Made by a program: the position numbers and the translations under genes
Notes under the pieces: generated by a model
What the model was told of the DNA's origin: nothing
Databases searched by the model: none
The model's input: the letters and a program-made list of their open reading frames with translations, nothing else
Part shown: one piece after another, positions 27,134 to 37,829 of the stretch
Position numbering within the stretch: the stretch's first letter is position 1
Layout of the letters: each line of letters starts with the position of its first letter
DNA from: Rhodothermales bacterium
Lineage (GTDB): Bacteria > Bacteroidota > Rhodothermia > Rhodothermales > VXPQ01
Assembly: GCA_965248175.1 (NCBI GenBank)
Contig: OZ252093.1
Span: forward strand, 2,782,406 to 2,846,405
Length of the DNA: 64,000 bases
Direction of reading: 5' to 3'

Positions 27134-29196
27134 GGAAGTATATGGAGTTGTAATCCGGCCAGGAATGCCCGACCGGGTGCGGGTTCATAGTAACGGCCTC
27201 CGAATGCATTGATCGACACGGAACCGCTGTACCGGACATTCAGCATATTGCGCACCTCGACAAACGGCGCAATGCGCACCGAACCGGCGGCAAATCCCTC
27301 GTGTCCGAGCGACGCGTCGAAAACAACGTATCCGTCGTTGACGGCCGTGTTGGCGTCATCCGTAAAATACTCGCTTACGGCTTCTGCTTCCACTGTGACC
27401 TGAAAGCTTCTCTGATCTGTCCGTACACGCCCGAAAAAACGCTGTTCGGGTACGCCCGGCAAGAAGTTTCCGTTCAAGTCCGCCTCCCGGAAAACAAAAC
27501 GACTCACGGCAGCGACAAAAGCCGCTTCCCAGCGAGGGTGCGGGATCCATTGCACGGCTCCCTCGATGCCCCGGTGCGTATTCTTGCCCGCATTCCGGAA
27601 AAAATCCCGCCCGAGCTCGTTTTCGAAGGAGATCAATCGCCCATCCACGTTCATGGAGAAAACAGCCGCATCCACGAACAGATGCGCCCCCAGCGCACCG
27701 CGCAGGCCAACTTCCACGCCTCTCGCGATCTGCGGATCGAGCGAAGGATTGAATCCACCCGTCAGGTCCGGGCGATTGACCAGTTCCGTGGTCGTAGGCG
27801 TCTCGAAGGCAGTGCCGTAGTTCGCAAACAGCAGCCATCCGCTTCCCCGCCAGGACACGCCCAGCATGGGGCTCCAGGCGCTAAAGAGCCGGTTGCCGGA
27901 TTGATCGCCATTGGTAAACAGGTGATCGTCCATTTCAAACCGCACCGTTCCATAGCGCAATCCGGCCAGCACCTGCACGTTTTGCACAGGCTGGAAGCCC
28001 CCATAGGCAAAGGCGCCTGCGGAAGCCACGTCTTCGACCTGATCCAATCCAATCTCATCGCCGGGAAGGCCACGTGCATTATTGAAATTCTTGCGAATAT
28101 CGTGCTGTAACGCCCCATCGGCTCCCACACCCCACCGGATCCGCCCCCGATCCCGCCGCAGCGCCGCCCGCATTCCCCCTGCCGTCCGGTCAAGATCGAT
28201 ATACGCAAAGGTCAAGGGATTATCGAGTTGCCGGCGTACGCCGTAACCGGTCAGGCGAAGCGTACCGATTCCGGCCTCCCGCTCGAACGCAGCGCCAGCC
28301 TGGGCATGAAGACTCTCCTTACCCGCGCGGGCTTCCACAAAGGCCGGGCGGGCCATAGAGGGGTCCGTCTCGAACTGTTCGCGCGTCAATGAGCCGGGAT
28401 GCTCGGTATCCTGCAAGGCAAGAGCAGCCATAACCCGAACGTGCGAGGAGGAGCCGGTTCGAAATCGGGCGGAGGCTCCGGCACGGCGGCGAACACCGGA
28501 GGAATATGCCCGGTAGCCGTCCTGTGTGTGATTCGACGCGTAAAACTGCACGGAATGCGGACCGAACGGCAGCAACCCGTCAACAAGGATCCGGCGCTGC
28601 CCGAAGGAACCGGCAAGCGCCTGCGCGCGCAAACGAGAAGCGGGACGAGCGCCTTCCGGCGCGGCAGCGCTCGACAGGAAAAGCACGGCTCCGGAACCGT
28701 TTCCCCAAAACAGGGAGGCGGGACTGCGCAAGAGTTCCGTGCGACGCAGGACGGAAGATTCCACTACGTCGAGCACCGTCTGCCCATCCGGCATCGTGAG
28801 CGGAATACCATCGAGCACAACCTGCATACCCCGCACGCCGAACGGAGCACGGGCGCCCATACCACGCACGGAGATACGCTCTCCAAGCGCAAAATGGCCA
28901 CGGTCGTTAATCCACGCACCGGGGAGCGAACGCAGAACGCGTTCCATAGAAAGTACGGAGCGCGGCAACGCGTCCGGGGAATTCGTCTCGACGGCAAGGG
29001 CGTATGGAGCCGATGCTGCGTTCGCCGTGCCCCGGACCGCCTCAACCGTCAATTCCGGCAGCGCCTGCCCCGGAAGAACCGGTACCGATAACGTGTCCTG
29101 AGCAACAACAATCCCCGGAAACAAGCAAGCCGCCGCCAGCCAGCACCGAACGGAAGACATGGTACACATCATGCGATGCGGGCGGTATGTACGCAC
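27130..29196 (-). CDS. TonB-dependent receptor
   Basis: Plug-region motifs 'GERISVRGMGARAPFGVRGMQVVLDGIPLTMPDGQ', a long beta-barrel and a C-terminal aromatic residue. Confidence 0.85.
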   Translation of the reverse strand: MRTYRPHRMMCTMSSVRCWLAAACLFPGIVVAQDTLSVPVLPGQALPELTVEAVRGTANAASAPYALAVETNSPDALPRSVLSMERVLRSLPGAWINDRGHFALGERISVRGMGARAPFGVRGMQVVLDGIPLTMPDGQTVLDVVESSVLRRTELLRSPASLFWGNGSGAVLFLSSAAAPEGARPASRLRAQALAGSFGQRRILVDGLLPFGPHSVQFYASNHTQDGYRAYSSGVRRRAGASARFRTGSSSHVRVMAALALQDTEHPGSLTREQFETDPSMARPAFVEARAGKESLHAQAGAAFEREAGIGTLRLTGYGVRRQLDNPLTFAYIDLDRTAGGMRAALRRDRGRIRWGVGADGALQHDIRKNFNNARGLPGDEIGLDQVEDVASAGAFAYGGFQPVQNVQVLAGLRYGTVRFEMDDHLFTNGDQSGNRLFSAWSPMLGVSWRGSGWLLFANYGTAFETPTTTELVNRPDLTGGFNPSLDPQIARGVEVGLRGALGAHLFVDAAVFSMNVDGRLISFENELGRDFFRNAGKNTHRGIEGAVQWIPHPRWEAAFVAAVSRFVFREADLNGNFLPGVPEQRFFGRVRTDQRSFQVTVEAEAVSEYFTDDANTAVNDGYVVFDASLGHEGFAAGSVRIAPFVEVRNMLNVRYSGSVSINAFGGRYYEPAPGRAFLAGLQLHILP

Positions 29197-29253
29197 CCGG
29201 CTCGTCCATAAAAATGGACCAGATCCGACTCGTACAGGAACCCCGGATATTTC

Positions 29254-29287
29254 CCGAAAATATGCAGCACGCCCCGTATGGGGTGCA
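29254..29287 (-). terminator. Candidate intrinsic terminator downstream of csp
   Basis: On the minus strand, GCACCCC-ATAC-GGGGCGTGC hairpin followed by TGCATATTTTC. It lies about 75 nt after the csp stop. Confidence 0.4.
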
Positions 29288-29361
29288 TGCCCAAAAGAAA
29301 CAGGAAAAATCCGACCGACAGGCGAAGCGCTGTCAACCGTTCTGAAATGCCCTAAAGCAGA

Positions 29362-29574
29362 TTACCCGCCCACACGCTCTACGCTCATGGCGCTGAGGCC
29401 TTTTGGCGTCTGCTCCACATCATATTCCACTTCTTCGCCGTCCCGCAATCCTTCGTCGTATCCGAGATTGGGTATATTGTTACGATGGACAAATACGTCC
29501 TTGCTACCGTCGTCCGGCGCGATAAAGCCAAAACCTTTATCTACGCTAAACCACTTTACTCTTCCCCGAGGCAT
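29362..29574 (-). CDS. Cold-shock protein (CSD)
   Basis: 'MPRGRVKWFSVDKGFGFIAPDDGSKDVFVH' contains the RNP1/RNP2 motifs. The start was moved to ATG 29574. Confidence 0.9.
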   Translation of the reverse strand: MPRGRVKWFSVDKGFGFIAPDDGSKDVFVHRNNIPNLGYDEGLRDGEEVEYDVEQTPKGLSAMSVERVGG

Positions 29575-29713
29575 GTTCTTTTTCCGTGTTCTAATGGCGC
29601 CGCAGCCTGTATATTTCAACGCGTTATGCGCAATACAGTATGTGCGGCAAGGTAAAATTACCCCCTGTGTACCCCGTTACAGGGTATGGGTTTCCTGAAT
29701 GGCCAGATAACCG

Positions 29714-30697
29714 TCATGTCGAGGTGTTCAGGGCGGCCTCAGGTGCGCTGTTCTGCAAAAACCAGTCCTCCATTACATCCATCCACACCGCCAGTCCCTG
29801 CCATGAGCCATAGGGCGCGTAGTGGCGGCGAATATCCGTATCCGTACCTCCGCCGAATTTCCGGGCAAACATCGACCGGGCTGCGGAATCGAGCGCAAGG
29901 TAGTCGAACCGCCCCAGCAGTTTCATGACTGCGCCGGCGGCGTACGGGCCGAATCCACTCAGGGAACGTATCTCTGCAAACAGGTCGGCAGAAGACATCT
30001 CCGTAGATAGCCATCCCTCTACGTCGACCCTTTCCTCCGCAATGCGGCAGGCCAGTTCGTGAAGGTATGCATTCCGATATCCGGCCCGTACATGATCGGC
30101 AAGCGCGTCGAGGGACAGATTCGCGATCGTTTCAGGCGAAGGAAATGCACCGGCATGCCCCAACTCGTTCAACCGCTGCGTCATCTGCCGCGTCATGGCC
30201 CAGGTCGTGTTGGTGGTGAGCAGCGTTTTCGCCAAATCTTCCCAAACCGTGGGCGCACGCAGTAGCCGCCCGGCCCTGTGCGCAAACACCCAGGCATAGC
30301 GCGGAACGCTCGCAAGCAGGGCATAAAAGGGGTCCAGATCCATTTCAAGGTTGAAAATGCGCCGGGGCACCTCTTGAAGATGCGCATGGACCGGAGGAGA
30401 AAGCGAAGCGTTCGCGGCATGCTTCGCCGCACCGGACTCATGCCACAGCGTCTCCTCGATGTGCACATGCAACCTTTCGCCGCAGGGCACGGCCCCGTCC
30501 TCGTCCCTATCCACCGTGAATGCAAGGCGGACAATGCGCCCGTCCGGGAGAGATTGGATGCGCCGCAGCCGCACATACTCCTCGTCGTGGCTGAATGGCG
30601 CCAGCTCGATCCAGCCATGGCTCAGAAGCGTCGACCGGAAACGAAACGAAGGAGGGCATTCGATGGTCAGTACAGGATCGCCGGATGGCATATTCAT
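29714..30697 (-). CDS. HhH-GPD DNA glycosylase (AlkA / 3-methyladenine glycosylase 2 family)
   Basis: 'LSGFGPYAAGAVMKLLGRFDYLALDSAA' helix-hairpin-helix with catalytic Asp. The start at ATG 30697 overlaps the upstream stop (ATGA). Confidence 0.7.
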   Translation of the reverse strand: MNMPSGDPVLTIECPPSFRFRSTLLSHGWIELAPFSHDEEYVRLRRIQSLPDGRIVRLAFTVDRDEDGAVPCGERLHVHIEETLWHESGAAKHAANASLSPPVHAHLQEVPRRIFNLEMDLDPFYALLASVPRYAWVFAHRAGRLLRAPTVWEDLAKTLLTTNTTWAMTRQMTQRLNELGHAGAFPSPETIANLSLDALADHVRAGYRNAYLHELACRIAEERVDVEGWLSTEMSSADLFAEIRSLSGFGPYAAGAVMKLLGRFDYLALDSAARSMFARKFGGGTDTDIRRHYAPYGSWQGLAVWMDVMEDWFLQNSAPEAALNTST

Positions 30698-31116
30698 TTC
30701 TCTGCAAGTCGTTCGGCGCGCACCAGTTTCTGCGCAATATCCACCGGGAGCGCGGCCCCTTCCGTAGCCAGCGCTTCCTCGTACAATACCCTGGCCCCGG
30801 CAGCACGGGCACGGGCTTCCGACAGCGATCCGAGTTGCGTCAGCAGATCGGCTTCCTCGCACAGCAAATCGGCGATAGCAAGCGCAAGGCCGTACTCGAA
30901 TCCGCGCGGGTACCGGCAAAGCGCAACCAGCTCGCGGGGCGACAGTTCGCCCACGGGGCGGGGAGAAAGATCGACCTCTCCGAACGCCTTACGCAGGTAC
31001 GCAAGGGCTTCTTCGTACCGTTCTTCGGACTTCAGTCGAAACGTCTGCGCCAGCACATGGAGCAGCACCCGAATGGCCTGCTCAATCTCCCGCATGATGA
31101 GATCGCGCTGGAACAT
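30694..31116 (-). CDS. Helical hypothetical protein
   Basis: 140 aa, translationally coupled to the glycosylase gene. No motif recognised. Confidence 0.45.
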   Translation of the reverse strand: MFQRDLIMREIEQAIRVLLHVLAQTFRLKSEERYEEALAYLRKAFGEVDLSPRPVGELSPRELVALCRYPRGFEYGLALAIADLLCEEADLLTQLGSLSEARARAAGARVLYEEALATEGAALPVDIAQKLVRAERLAEK

Positions 31117-31127
31117 GACCTGATACC

Positions 31128-33164
31128 TTATGAAGAACCGGGTAAAGAGAGGGCAGGCGGATCGGCATCAAAGGCGGCAGCGCCTCGCTCGAGAAATTCG
31201 GCGAATTCCGAAACCGATGCGGTGCCTGTATGCCTGTGCAGAAGAGTACCGGAATACGGATCCGCAATGACATAGGTCGGAAGCGCCACAGTGCCCGCCA
31301 ACGAAATCTGGTACTGCTGCAATGCCGGGCCGGTATCGCGTGCGTCGGTATAAAGGCGCAGCAGCACGAAATCGTTCCGAAGCAGGGACGCCACGGGTTC
31401 CTGGCGAAACACGCCGGTTTCCATCTGGCGGCAGTTTGCGCAAGTATACCCGGTGAAGTCGATGAACACGGGTTTGCGTACGCTTTGCGCCTGCTCGAAA
31501 GCCGCATCTATGTCCTCACTCCAGACCGGTTCATCGTCCCCGCGCCCTGAAAACACGCCGGCCCCGGCTTCCGTTGCTTGCGCCGGAGGAAGCCAGGCAT
31601 CGATCGTGGGCAACGGCGCTCCAAAAAGGCCCGGCAGCATATACAGGGAAATCCCCAGGAAAGCAGCAGCAAAAAGTAGCCGCCCGGCTCCGACGGGCTG
31701 GGACGCCGGCTCATGGGGCATCCGGATCTTGCCGAGCAGATAGAACCCGGCAAGCCCGAAAATCACCATGGCGAGGGCGATGGCCACAGGCCGCGATATC
31801 AACCCCCACCCCATAACAAGGTCCGCATTCGACAGAAACTTGAGGGCGGCGACAAGTTCCACGAAGCCCAGCGTGACCTGAATGCGATGCATCCAGGATC
31901 CCGCTCCGGGCAACGATTGCAGCGCCTTCGGGAACAGGGCGAACGCCACGAACGGCACGGCAAACGTAGCCGAGAAGACCACCATACCGATGACGGGATA
32001 CGTCCACTCGCCGGTCGCAGTGGCAACAGCGAGCAGCCCCCCTACGAACGGAACGGTGCACGAAAAATGCACCAGCGTCAGGGTCAGCCCCATGAAAAAT
32101 GTGCCCGTATACCCCGACCGTTCGTTGCCCTGACGATTGAAATAATTGACGAAACGGCCCGGCAGCGTCAATTCGAACATGCCGAGCAGCGAAAGCGCAA
32201 ACACGGCAAAGATCCCCCCGATGAAAAGATTGATCCAGGGATTGGCCGCAATGGTATGCGCCCCGGCAGCGCCCAGCAAGGAGGCAGCCAGTACGCCGAG
32301 CGCCGTGAAGGTAAGGATGATCGCCGCCCCGAAGGCCAGCGCCATACGAACCGATTCCGAACGCTTCGAAGCATGCCCCGAAAACCAGGAGACGGTCAGC
32401 GGGATCATGGGAAATACGCAGGGGGTCAGGAGAGAGGCGAGCCCGGCCCCGATCGCCAGCAGAATAAAGCGCCATAGCCCGCCGGCGTGTACATCGGCGC
32501 CATCAGCGGCGGCCGGATCAGGAGACACGACCGGAGGGACGCCCCCGGTCAAGTCGGGCACGGAGCGGAGCGAGTCGTTCCCCTCGTCCTCGACAGCCAT
32601 CCCGGCGCCGGATACGGAGCCTTGGGCAACACCACCTCCCCCGGTAACATGCACTACGGCCCGGAGCGGCGCCGGCGTGGGAGGTAGACACACCTCTTCG
32701 GTGCAAATCATGAACCGCACAACGCCGCTGAGTGTGCGATTTCCTGCGGGGGTATCCTCACCAACCCGGAATGGGGCGGCAAACCGGGCCTGCCCGGTGA
32801 AATAGCGAACCGTCGCGTCAAACCAGGGATCGTGCGCCTCGACGGGCGTACTCTGGCGCATCGGGCCTGTGAGCAACAGCCCCTCTTCTTCCCATGCAAA
32901 ATCGACGGCAAAACTCGGGCGCGGCGAATCAAGCGCGTACATCTTCCAGCCTTCCGAGATATCCGCCTCGATCACCGCCTCGAACGCCTCCCCGGAAGCA
33001 ACTTCTTCGGGAGCAACCGCCACCGTCCACGTCACATAGTCCGTAGCAGACAGGAAATCCTGTGCAAACGCTTGCGCACACACGAACCCTGTACACGGAA
33101 CAAGCGCAGCCAGCCAGCCTATGCGGGCGAGATACTGCACAAATCCAAAACCGTAGTGGCGCAA
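31128..33164 (-). CDS. dsbD: DsbD-family protein-disulfide reductase (N-terminal domain, transmembrane core, C-terminal thioredoxin)
   Basis: The transmembrane core has 'LTPCVFPMIPL'. The C-terminal thioredoxin-like motif is 'FTGYTCANCRQME'. Confidence 0.8.
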   Translation of the reverse strand: MRHYGFGFVQYLARIGWLAALVPCTGFVCAQAFAQDFLSATDYVTWTVAVAPEEVASGEAFEAVIEADISEGWKMYALDSPRPSFAVDFAWEEEGLLLTGPMRQSTPVEAHDPWFDATVRYFTGQARFAAPFRVGEDTPAGNRTLSGVVRFMICTEEVCLPPTPAPLRAVVHVTGGGGVAQGSVSGAGMAVEDEGNDSLRSVPDLTGGVPPVVSPDPAAADGADVHAGGLWRFILLAIGAGLASLLTPCVFPMIPLTVSWFSGHASKRSESVRMALAFGAAIILTFTALGVLAASLLGAAGAHTIAANPWINLFIGGIFAVFALSLLGMFELTLPGRFVNYFNRQGNERSGYTGTFFMGLTLTLVHFSCTVPFVGGLLAVATATGEWTYPVIGMVVFSATFAVPFVAFALFPKALQSLPGAGSWMHRIQVTLGFVELVAALKFLSNADLVMGWGLISRPVAIALAMVIFGLAGFYLLGKIRMPHEPASQPVGAGRLLFAAAFLGISLYMLPGLFGAPLPTIDAWLPPAQATEAGAGVFSGRGDDEPVWSEDIDAAFEQAQSVRKPVFIDFTGYTCANCRQMETGVFRQEPVASLLRNDFVLLRLYTDARDTGPALQQYQISLAGTVALPTYVIADPYSGTLLHRHTGTASVSEFAEFLERGAAAFDADPPALSLPGSS

Positions 33165-33225
33165 AACCGTACTGGGCTAAAACGATGCCGGGAGCGGGAC
33201 GGGCGCCCGGCGGATTCCGCCGCGC

Positions 33226-33678
33226 CTACGCTTCCGCTTCCGGAACCACCTCGACCTTGAGTTTGGCCGAGACTTCCTTGTGTACCTTCACGGTAGCCGT
33301 ATAGACGCCGAGCATGCGAATGTCCTCGTCGGGCTCGATATGTTTGCGGTCGATCCGGAACCCCTGCTGACCGAGCGCTTCCGCTATCTGCGTCGACGTG
33401 ACCGTCCCGAAAATCCGGTTTTCCTGTCCGACTTTCGCAGTAATGACCACTTTCGCAGCCTCCAGTTGCTCCTTTATGCGCTCCGCATCCCCAATCTCCT
33501 GGGCAATTTTCCTTGCGCGCTGGCGTGCGAGTTCTTTTTGATGACGAACCACGGAATCCGAAGCGATCACCGCCATACGGCCCGGAATCAGGTAATTGCG
33601 GCCATAGCCGTCCCGGACCGTCACGATATCTCCCTCGTGACCGAGGTTTTCCACGTCCTGCAGCAGTAAAAGCTTCAT
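33226..33678 (-). CDS. rplI: 50S ribosomal protein L9
   Basis: 'MKLLLLQDVENLGHEGDIVTVRDGYGRNYLIP'. Confidence 0.95.
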   Translation of the reverse strand: MKLLLLQDVENLGHEGDIVTVRDGYGRNYLIPGRMAVIASDSVVRHQKELARQRARKIAQEIGDAERIKEQLEAAKVVITAKVGQENRIFGTVTSTQIAEALGQQGFRIDRKHIEPDEDIRMLGVYTATVKVHKEVSAKLKVEVVPEAEA

Positions 33679-33693
33679 CGCGGTAGTTTCCTC

Positions 33694-33918
33694 CTATCGA
33701 ACATTATCTGCCACAAACGGCAGCATTGCAAGGTGACGGGCACGCTTTACCGCCCGAGTAAGCCTGCGCTGAAATTTCTGGGGGACTCCCGTGATGCGCC
33801 GGGGCATAATCTTGCCCTGCTCGTTGAGATAGCGCTTCAGGAACTCAATATCCTTGTAATCGACAAAATCGATGCGATCGGGTTCAAAACGGGGTTCGGT
33901 CATGGAATATCCTGTCAA
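33694..33918 (-). CDS. rpsR: 30S ribosomal protein S18
   Basis: '[30 protein letters not shown]...[10 protein letters not shown]'. Confidence 0.9.
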   Translation of the reverse strand: MTGYSMTEPRFEPDRIDFVDYKDIEFLKRYLNEQGKIMPRRITGVPQKFQRRLTRAVKRARHLAMLPFVADNVR

Positions 33919-33945
33919 TGTGCTGAAATCTGCCGTCTGGAGGGG

Positions 33946-34566
33946 TTATGCCTTGTCGGCGGCCTGCTCGTCGGTGGCTTGCTCGTCGGCGGCTTTCTTG
34001 CTCGGGGCGGATGCCTCTACTTTCGTCTCCTCGGCAGGGGTCTCTGCTTTTTTCTCCTCGGCAGGGGCCTCTGCTTTTTTCTCCTCGGCAGGGGCCTCTG
34101 CTTTCTTCTCCTCGGCAGGGGCCTCTGCTTTTTTCTCCTCGGCAGGGGCCTCTGCTTTCTTCTCCTCGGCAGGGGCCTCTGCTTTCTTCTTCTCCTCCTC
34201 CTTCGAGGCAGCCAGGGATTCCGCCTGCTCGCGCGCCCTTTCCTTCTTGCGCTCCTCGTAGTGACGGAGCATGACGGCGTCCATTTTCAGCGTGAGGAAA
34301 CGAAGAATATCGTCCTCAAGGGTCAACACGCGTTCGAGGCGAGCGATCAGGTCGCCCTCCGCCTCGAAATAGACATTCACATAGTACCCGGTGCGCTTTT
34401 TGTCGATGGAATAGGCAAGGCGCTGCGACCCCCACTCATCCACTTCAATGATGTTGCCGCCCTCTTTCTCGATAAACTTCGTAACCCGGTTTACCAGACC
34501 CTTGATCTGGTCGTCGCCGAGTACGCTGTTGACGATATACGTAAATTCGTAGGTGTTTTTCGACAT
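33946..34566 (-). CDS. rpsF: 30S ribosomal protein S6 with a repeat-rich C-terminal extension
   Basis: 'MSKNTYEFTYIVNSVLGDDQIKGLV...GSQRLAYSI' starts at ATG 34566. The C-terminal tail is (AEAPAEEKK)n. Confidence 0.9.
   Translation of the reverse strand: MSKNTYEFTYIVNSVLGDDQIKGLVNRVTKFIEKEGGNIIEVDEWGSQRLAYSIDKKRTGYYVNVYFEAEGDLIARLERVLTLEDDILRFLTLKMDAVMLRHYEERKKERAREQAESLAASKEEEKKKAEAPAEEKKAEAPAEEKKAEAPAEEKKAEAPAEEKKAEAPAEEKKAETPAEETKVEASAPSKKAADEQATDEQAADKA
34027..34188. repeat. Tandem repeat, 6 x 27 nt, in frame within the rpsF 3' region
   Basis: Units start at 34027, 34054, 34081, 34108, 34135 and 34162. The plus-strand consensus is ctcctcggcaggggcctctgctttttt. Confidence 0.9.
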
Positions 34567-34792
34567 AGCTCCCTGTGGAATAAAATCACGCCCGCCGTCC
34601 TTGCGGCGAGCAGGGATTGTACCGATTCCCTTTCCCGTTCTGTTCTGCCTTCTGCGGATTGCGCCGCGTATTGCAGCGCGCAAACGGACAAAACAGGGAT
34701 ACGGCTAACGGAAAACCGCATTTAAAGCGTGGCATTATACGACCGGAACGAAACGACGTTCCCTGGCTTGCGAAACGGCTGCCAGTGTCTCT

Positions 34793-35383
34793 CTACTCTT
34801 TGGCCTTGTCTTCTTTCGGATCGTACAGCATACCGGTGCAAAGACACATCTTGCGCTCGGTACGCGTGAGCACATCGTAATTGGGACAGCTCTGGCACCC
34901 CTCCCAGAACACGTCGTCATCCGTCAACTCCGAAAACGTGACCGGCTTGTACCCGAGGTCAGAGTTTATCTTCATCACGGGCAAACTCGTCGTGATGCCG
35001 AATACCCGGGCCTCCGGGTATTTTTCGCGCGACAACTCGAAAATCCGTCTCTTTATCTTCTTCGCCAACCCCATCTTGCGAAAATCGGGGGCCACGATCA
35101 GCCCGGAATGGGCCACGTACTTCCCGTGGCTCCAGCTCTCGATATAGCAAAATCCGGCCAGGCGGTCGCCGGCCAGGGCAATGACTGCTTTGCCTTCTTC
35201 TATTCTCGCACGCACATACTCCGGGGTGCGCTGGGCGATGCCGGTGCCCCTGGCTGCTGCCGCCTTTTTGATAAGGCGGCTGATCGCAGGCGCATAGCGG
35301 ACATGTTCGCCCCGGGCCACCATGACGATCGCCTCCTCCATCACGTCGATCTCCTGTATCGGCGCAGGTTCCGGTAACTGCAT
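34793..35383 (-). CDS. GNAT-family N-acetyltransferase with a C-terminal Cys cluster
   Basis: 'IVAPDFRKMGLAKKI' acetyl-CoA-binding motif. C-terminal 'CQSCPNYDVL...CLCTG'. The start is uncertain (35383 or 35461). Confidence 0.7.
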   Translation of the reverse strand: MQLPEPAPIQEIDVMEEAIVMVARGEHVRYAPAISRLIKKAAAARGTGIAQRTPEYVRARIEEGKAVIALAGDRLAGFCYIESWSHGKYVAHSGLIVAPDFRKMGLAKKIKRRIFELSREKYPEARVFGITTSLPVMKINSDLGYKPVTFSELTDDDVFWEGCQSCPNYDVLTRTERKMCLCTGMLYDPKEDKAKE

Positions 35384-35486
35384 GGGTTGTATCGTTCGAA
35401 TAACGTTTTCGTAACGGACAGAACCAAAACAAACGAGAGAAGTACTTGATTGATCCTGCACCGGGCTATGTCACTGGGCTGGGCCG

Positions 35487-36575
35487 CTACGACCCGGAAG
35501 CAAAATCAGCCAACTGCTCCATATTGTCTGCGGTTTGCAGCGCAATAATAATCCCCTCGAGCGCCCCGTCTATCACTTTGTGGAGCGGATGATTCTTGTC
35601 GTCGCCTTCCAGGCGGTGATCGGTGACGCGGTCCTGGGGAAAATTATAGGTTCGTATCTTGGCCGAACGGTCACCGGACCCCACCATGGACCGGCGCACT
35701 TCGCTGCGCTCCGCCCTGCGTTTTTCCATTTCCTGCTCGTAGAGGCGCGAACGCAGCACCCGAAGCGCCTTGTCCTTGTTCTTGTGCTGGCTTTTTTCGT
35801 CCTGGCACGTCACGACAAGACCGGTGGGTACATGCGTGAGACGGACCGCCGAATCCGTCGTATTGACCGACTGCCCGCCGGGACCGCTCGAACGATAGAC
35901 ATCCACCTTGACATCGTTCGGGCCGAGGCGCACATCAATATCTTCCGCTTCCGGCAGCACGGCGACCGTGGCGGCGGACGTATGCAGGCGCCCGGAGGAT
36001 TCCGTAACCGGCACGCGCTGCACGCGATGCACGCCGCTCTCGAACTTCATGAACCCAAACGCATCTTCGCCCCGGACCGACAGCACGATTTCCTTGAAAC
36101 CACCCTTTGCGCCCGGAGACACATTCATCACTTCGACCTTCCAGCCCCGCCCCTCGGCGAATTTCTGATACATGCGGTACAGATCGCCGGCAAAAAGCCC
36201 TGCCTCGTCTCCGCCGGTTCCCGCACGAATTTCGAGGATCACATCCCGGGCGTCCTCAGGGGCTTTCGGAATCATTTTCAGGCGCAGATCGGCCTCGATG
36301 GCGGGCAAGTCGCCCTCGATGGTTTCCAATTCGGCGCGGGCCATATCCGCCAGTTCACCGACCGCTTCCTCTGCCAGCATGGCGCGTAAATCGTCCCGTT
36401 CCGAGGTCGTTCGCTCATACGCATCGATGGCCTGGACAAGCCCTTCGAGCGTCGTGCGTTCCTGTCCCAACTCCCGGAGGCGCTGTGGATCGGTGGCCAC
36501 ATCCCCCTGGGCCATCAGCCGGTTGATCTCCTCGAACCGATCTTTAATTTCCTGAAGTGCATCAAGACGAATCAT
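35487..36575 (-). CDS. prfA: Peptide chain release factor 1
   Basis: '[11 protein letters not shown]' GGQ motif and an RF-1-type domain order. Confidence 0.9.
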   Translation of the reverse strand: MIRLDALQEIKDRFEEINRLMAQGDVATDPQRLRELGQERTTLEGLVQAIDAYERTTSERDDLRAMLAEEAVGELADMARAELETIEGDLPAIEADLRLKMIPKAPEDARDVILEIRAGTGGDEAGLFAGDLYRMYQKFAEGRGWKVEVMNVSPGAKGGFKEIVLSVRGEDAFGFMKFESGVHRVQRVPVTESSGRLHTSAATVAVLPEAEDIDVRLGPNDVKVDVYRSSGPGGQSVNTTDSAVRLTHVPTGLVVTCQDEKSQHKNKDKALRVLRSRLYEQEMEKRRAERSEVRRSMVGSGDRSAKIRTYNFPQDRVTDHRLEGDDKNHPLHKVIDGALEGIIIALQTADNMEQLADFASGS

Positions 36576-37624
36576 GGTCCCTGCGGCGCCTCAGGCAAAG
36601 CCGGCGCATCGCGAACCACCCGTCCGACCGCCTGCGCAATGAGCCGGATCTGCGCCATCAGATCAACGAATTGCTCGAAATAGAGCGATTGCGGCCCATC
36701 GCTCTTCGCCATGTCGGGATTCGGATGTATCTCCACCATGATGCCGTCGGCCCCGGCAGCCACCGCTGCGCGCGCCATCGGAATGACCTTGCCGCGTATG
36801 CCCGTGCCATGGCTTGGGTCGACAATAATCGGGAGATGGCTGCGCTTTTTGATCACCGGCACCGCAGACAGGTCCAACGTATTGCGGGTATATGTCTCGA
36901 ACGTGCGAATGCCACGCTCGCACAGCATTACGTGCGGGTTGCCTTCCGAAAGCACATACTCGGCGCTCATCAGCCATTCGCTGATCGTCGCCGAAGGACC
37001 GCGCTTCAGAAAGACGGGCTTCTGGAGTTTGCCGACCTCCTTCAGAAGCGGGAAATTCTGCATGTTGCGCGCGCCGATCTGCAAAACATCCGCATACCGG
37101 GCTACCAGTTCGATCTGACTAACCTCCATCACTTCGGTAATGGTCTTGAGGCCATGCCCGTCGGCGGCAGCGCGCAGCAATTTCAATCCCTCTTCCCCCA
37201 GGCCCTGGAAAGAATAGGGAGAGGTGCGCGGCTTGAACGCGCCGGCGCGTAAAAACGCCGCCCCACAGGCGGATACATGCGCCGCCGTATCTTCGATCTG
37301 CTGTTCGTCCTCGACTGAACAGGGACCGGCCATTACCACCAGCTCCTCGCCGCCTATACGCACGCCGCCCACGTCGATCACCGTATTTTCTTTCTTCCAG
37401 GACCGGCTGGCGAACTTGTACGGCTCGGTTACCCGATACACCTCTGCCACGCCCTCCATGACCCGGATATGCCGGGGGTCGAATTCGGGCTTCACGCCAA
37501 TGGCGCCCAGTACTGTCTGGTTCACCCCGCTGGAACGGTGTACGTCGAATCCGTATTCGTTCAGACGCTCGATAACGTCCTGAATCCGGCTTTCTTCCGC
37601 ATCTGGCCGAAAAACTACGATCAT
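36572..37624 (-). CDS. 3-deoxy-7-phosphoheptulonate (DAHP) synthase, type I-beta with N-terminal ferredoxin-like domain
   Basis: '[21 protein letters not shown]' regulatory domain, then 'VMAGPCSVE...[13 protein letters not shown]...DPSH'. Start at ATG 37624. Confidence 0.85.
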   Translation of the reverse strand: MIVVFRPDAEESRIQDVIERLNEYGFDVHRSSGVNQTVLGAIGVKPEFDPRHIRVMEGVAEVYRVTEPYKFASRSWKKENTVIDVGGVRIGGEELVVMAGPCSVEDEQQIEDTAAHVSACGAAFLRAGAFKPRTSPYSFQGLGEEGLKLLRAAADGHGLKTITEVMEVSQIELVARYADVLQIGARNMQNFPLLKEVGKLQKPVFLKRGPSATISEWLMSAEYVLSEGNPHVMLCERGIRTFETYTRNTLDLSAVPVIKKRSHLPIIVDPSHGTGIRGKVIPMARAAVAAGADGIMVEIHPNPDMAKSDGPQSLYFEQFVDLMAQIRLIAQAVGRVVRDAPALPEAPQGP

Positions 37625-37829
37625 GGGAAGGAGTGGAATGATTGGTAAGCGTGCGATAGGGAAATCGGGTGAGCGAACGGGGCGCACCGCACGGGCCGGG
37701 GGCATCCGTTCTTATCCAACAGATAGCCGCCGTGCGCTATAAACGCCGCATAGCGTATGCCCGGTTTCATGGTGGCCTGTTCACGGACAAATTATGCGTC
37801 ACTCGCGGAATTCCGAGGGCAAGGTACTG

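Noticed and set aside
29196-29362. Possible TPP or cobalamin riboswitch upstream of the TonB-dependent receptor at 27130..29196 ('GGATCTGGTCCATTTTTATGGAC' is vaguely like the TPP 'CTGATCTGGATAATGCCAGC').
   Set aside because: The CTGAGA and ACCC elements of the TPP aptamer and the B12 box are absent. The strongest hairpin here is better explained as the csp terminator.
33733-34725. A 330-aa plus-strand ORF with 'LLGRGLCFF' repeats.
   Set aside because: It is a mirror image of the rpsF tail repeats and the rpsR/rpsF coding region. The ribosomal genes on the minus strand are unambiguous.
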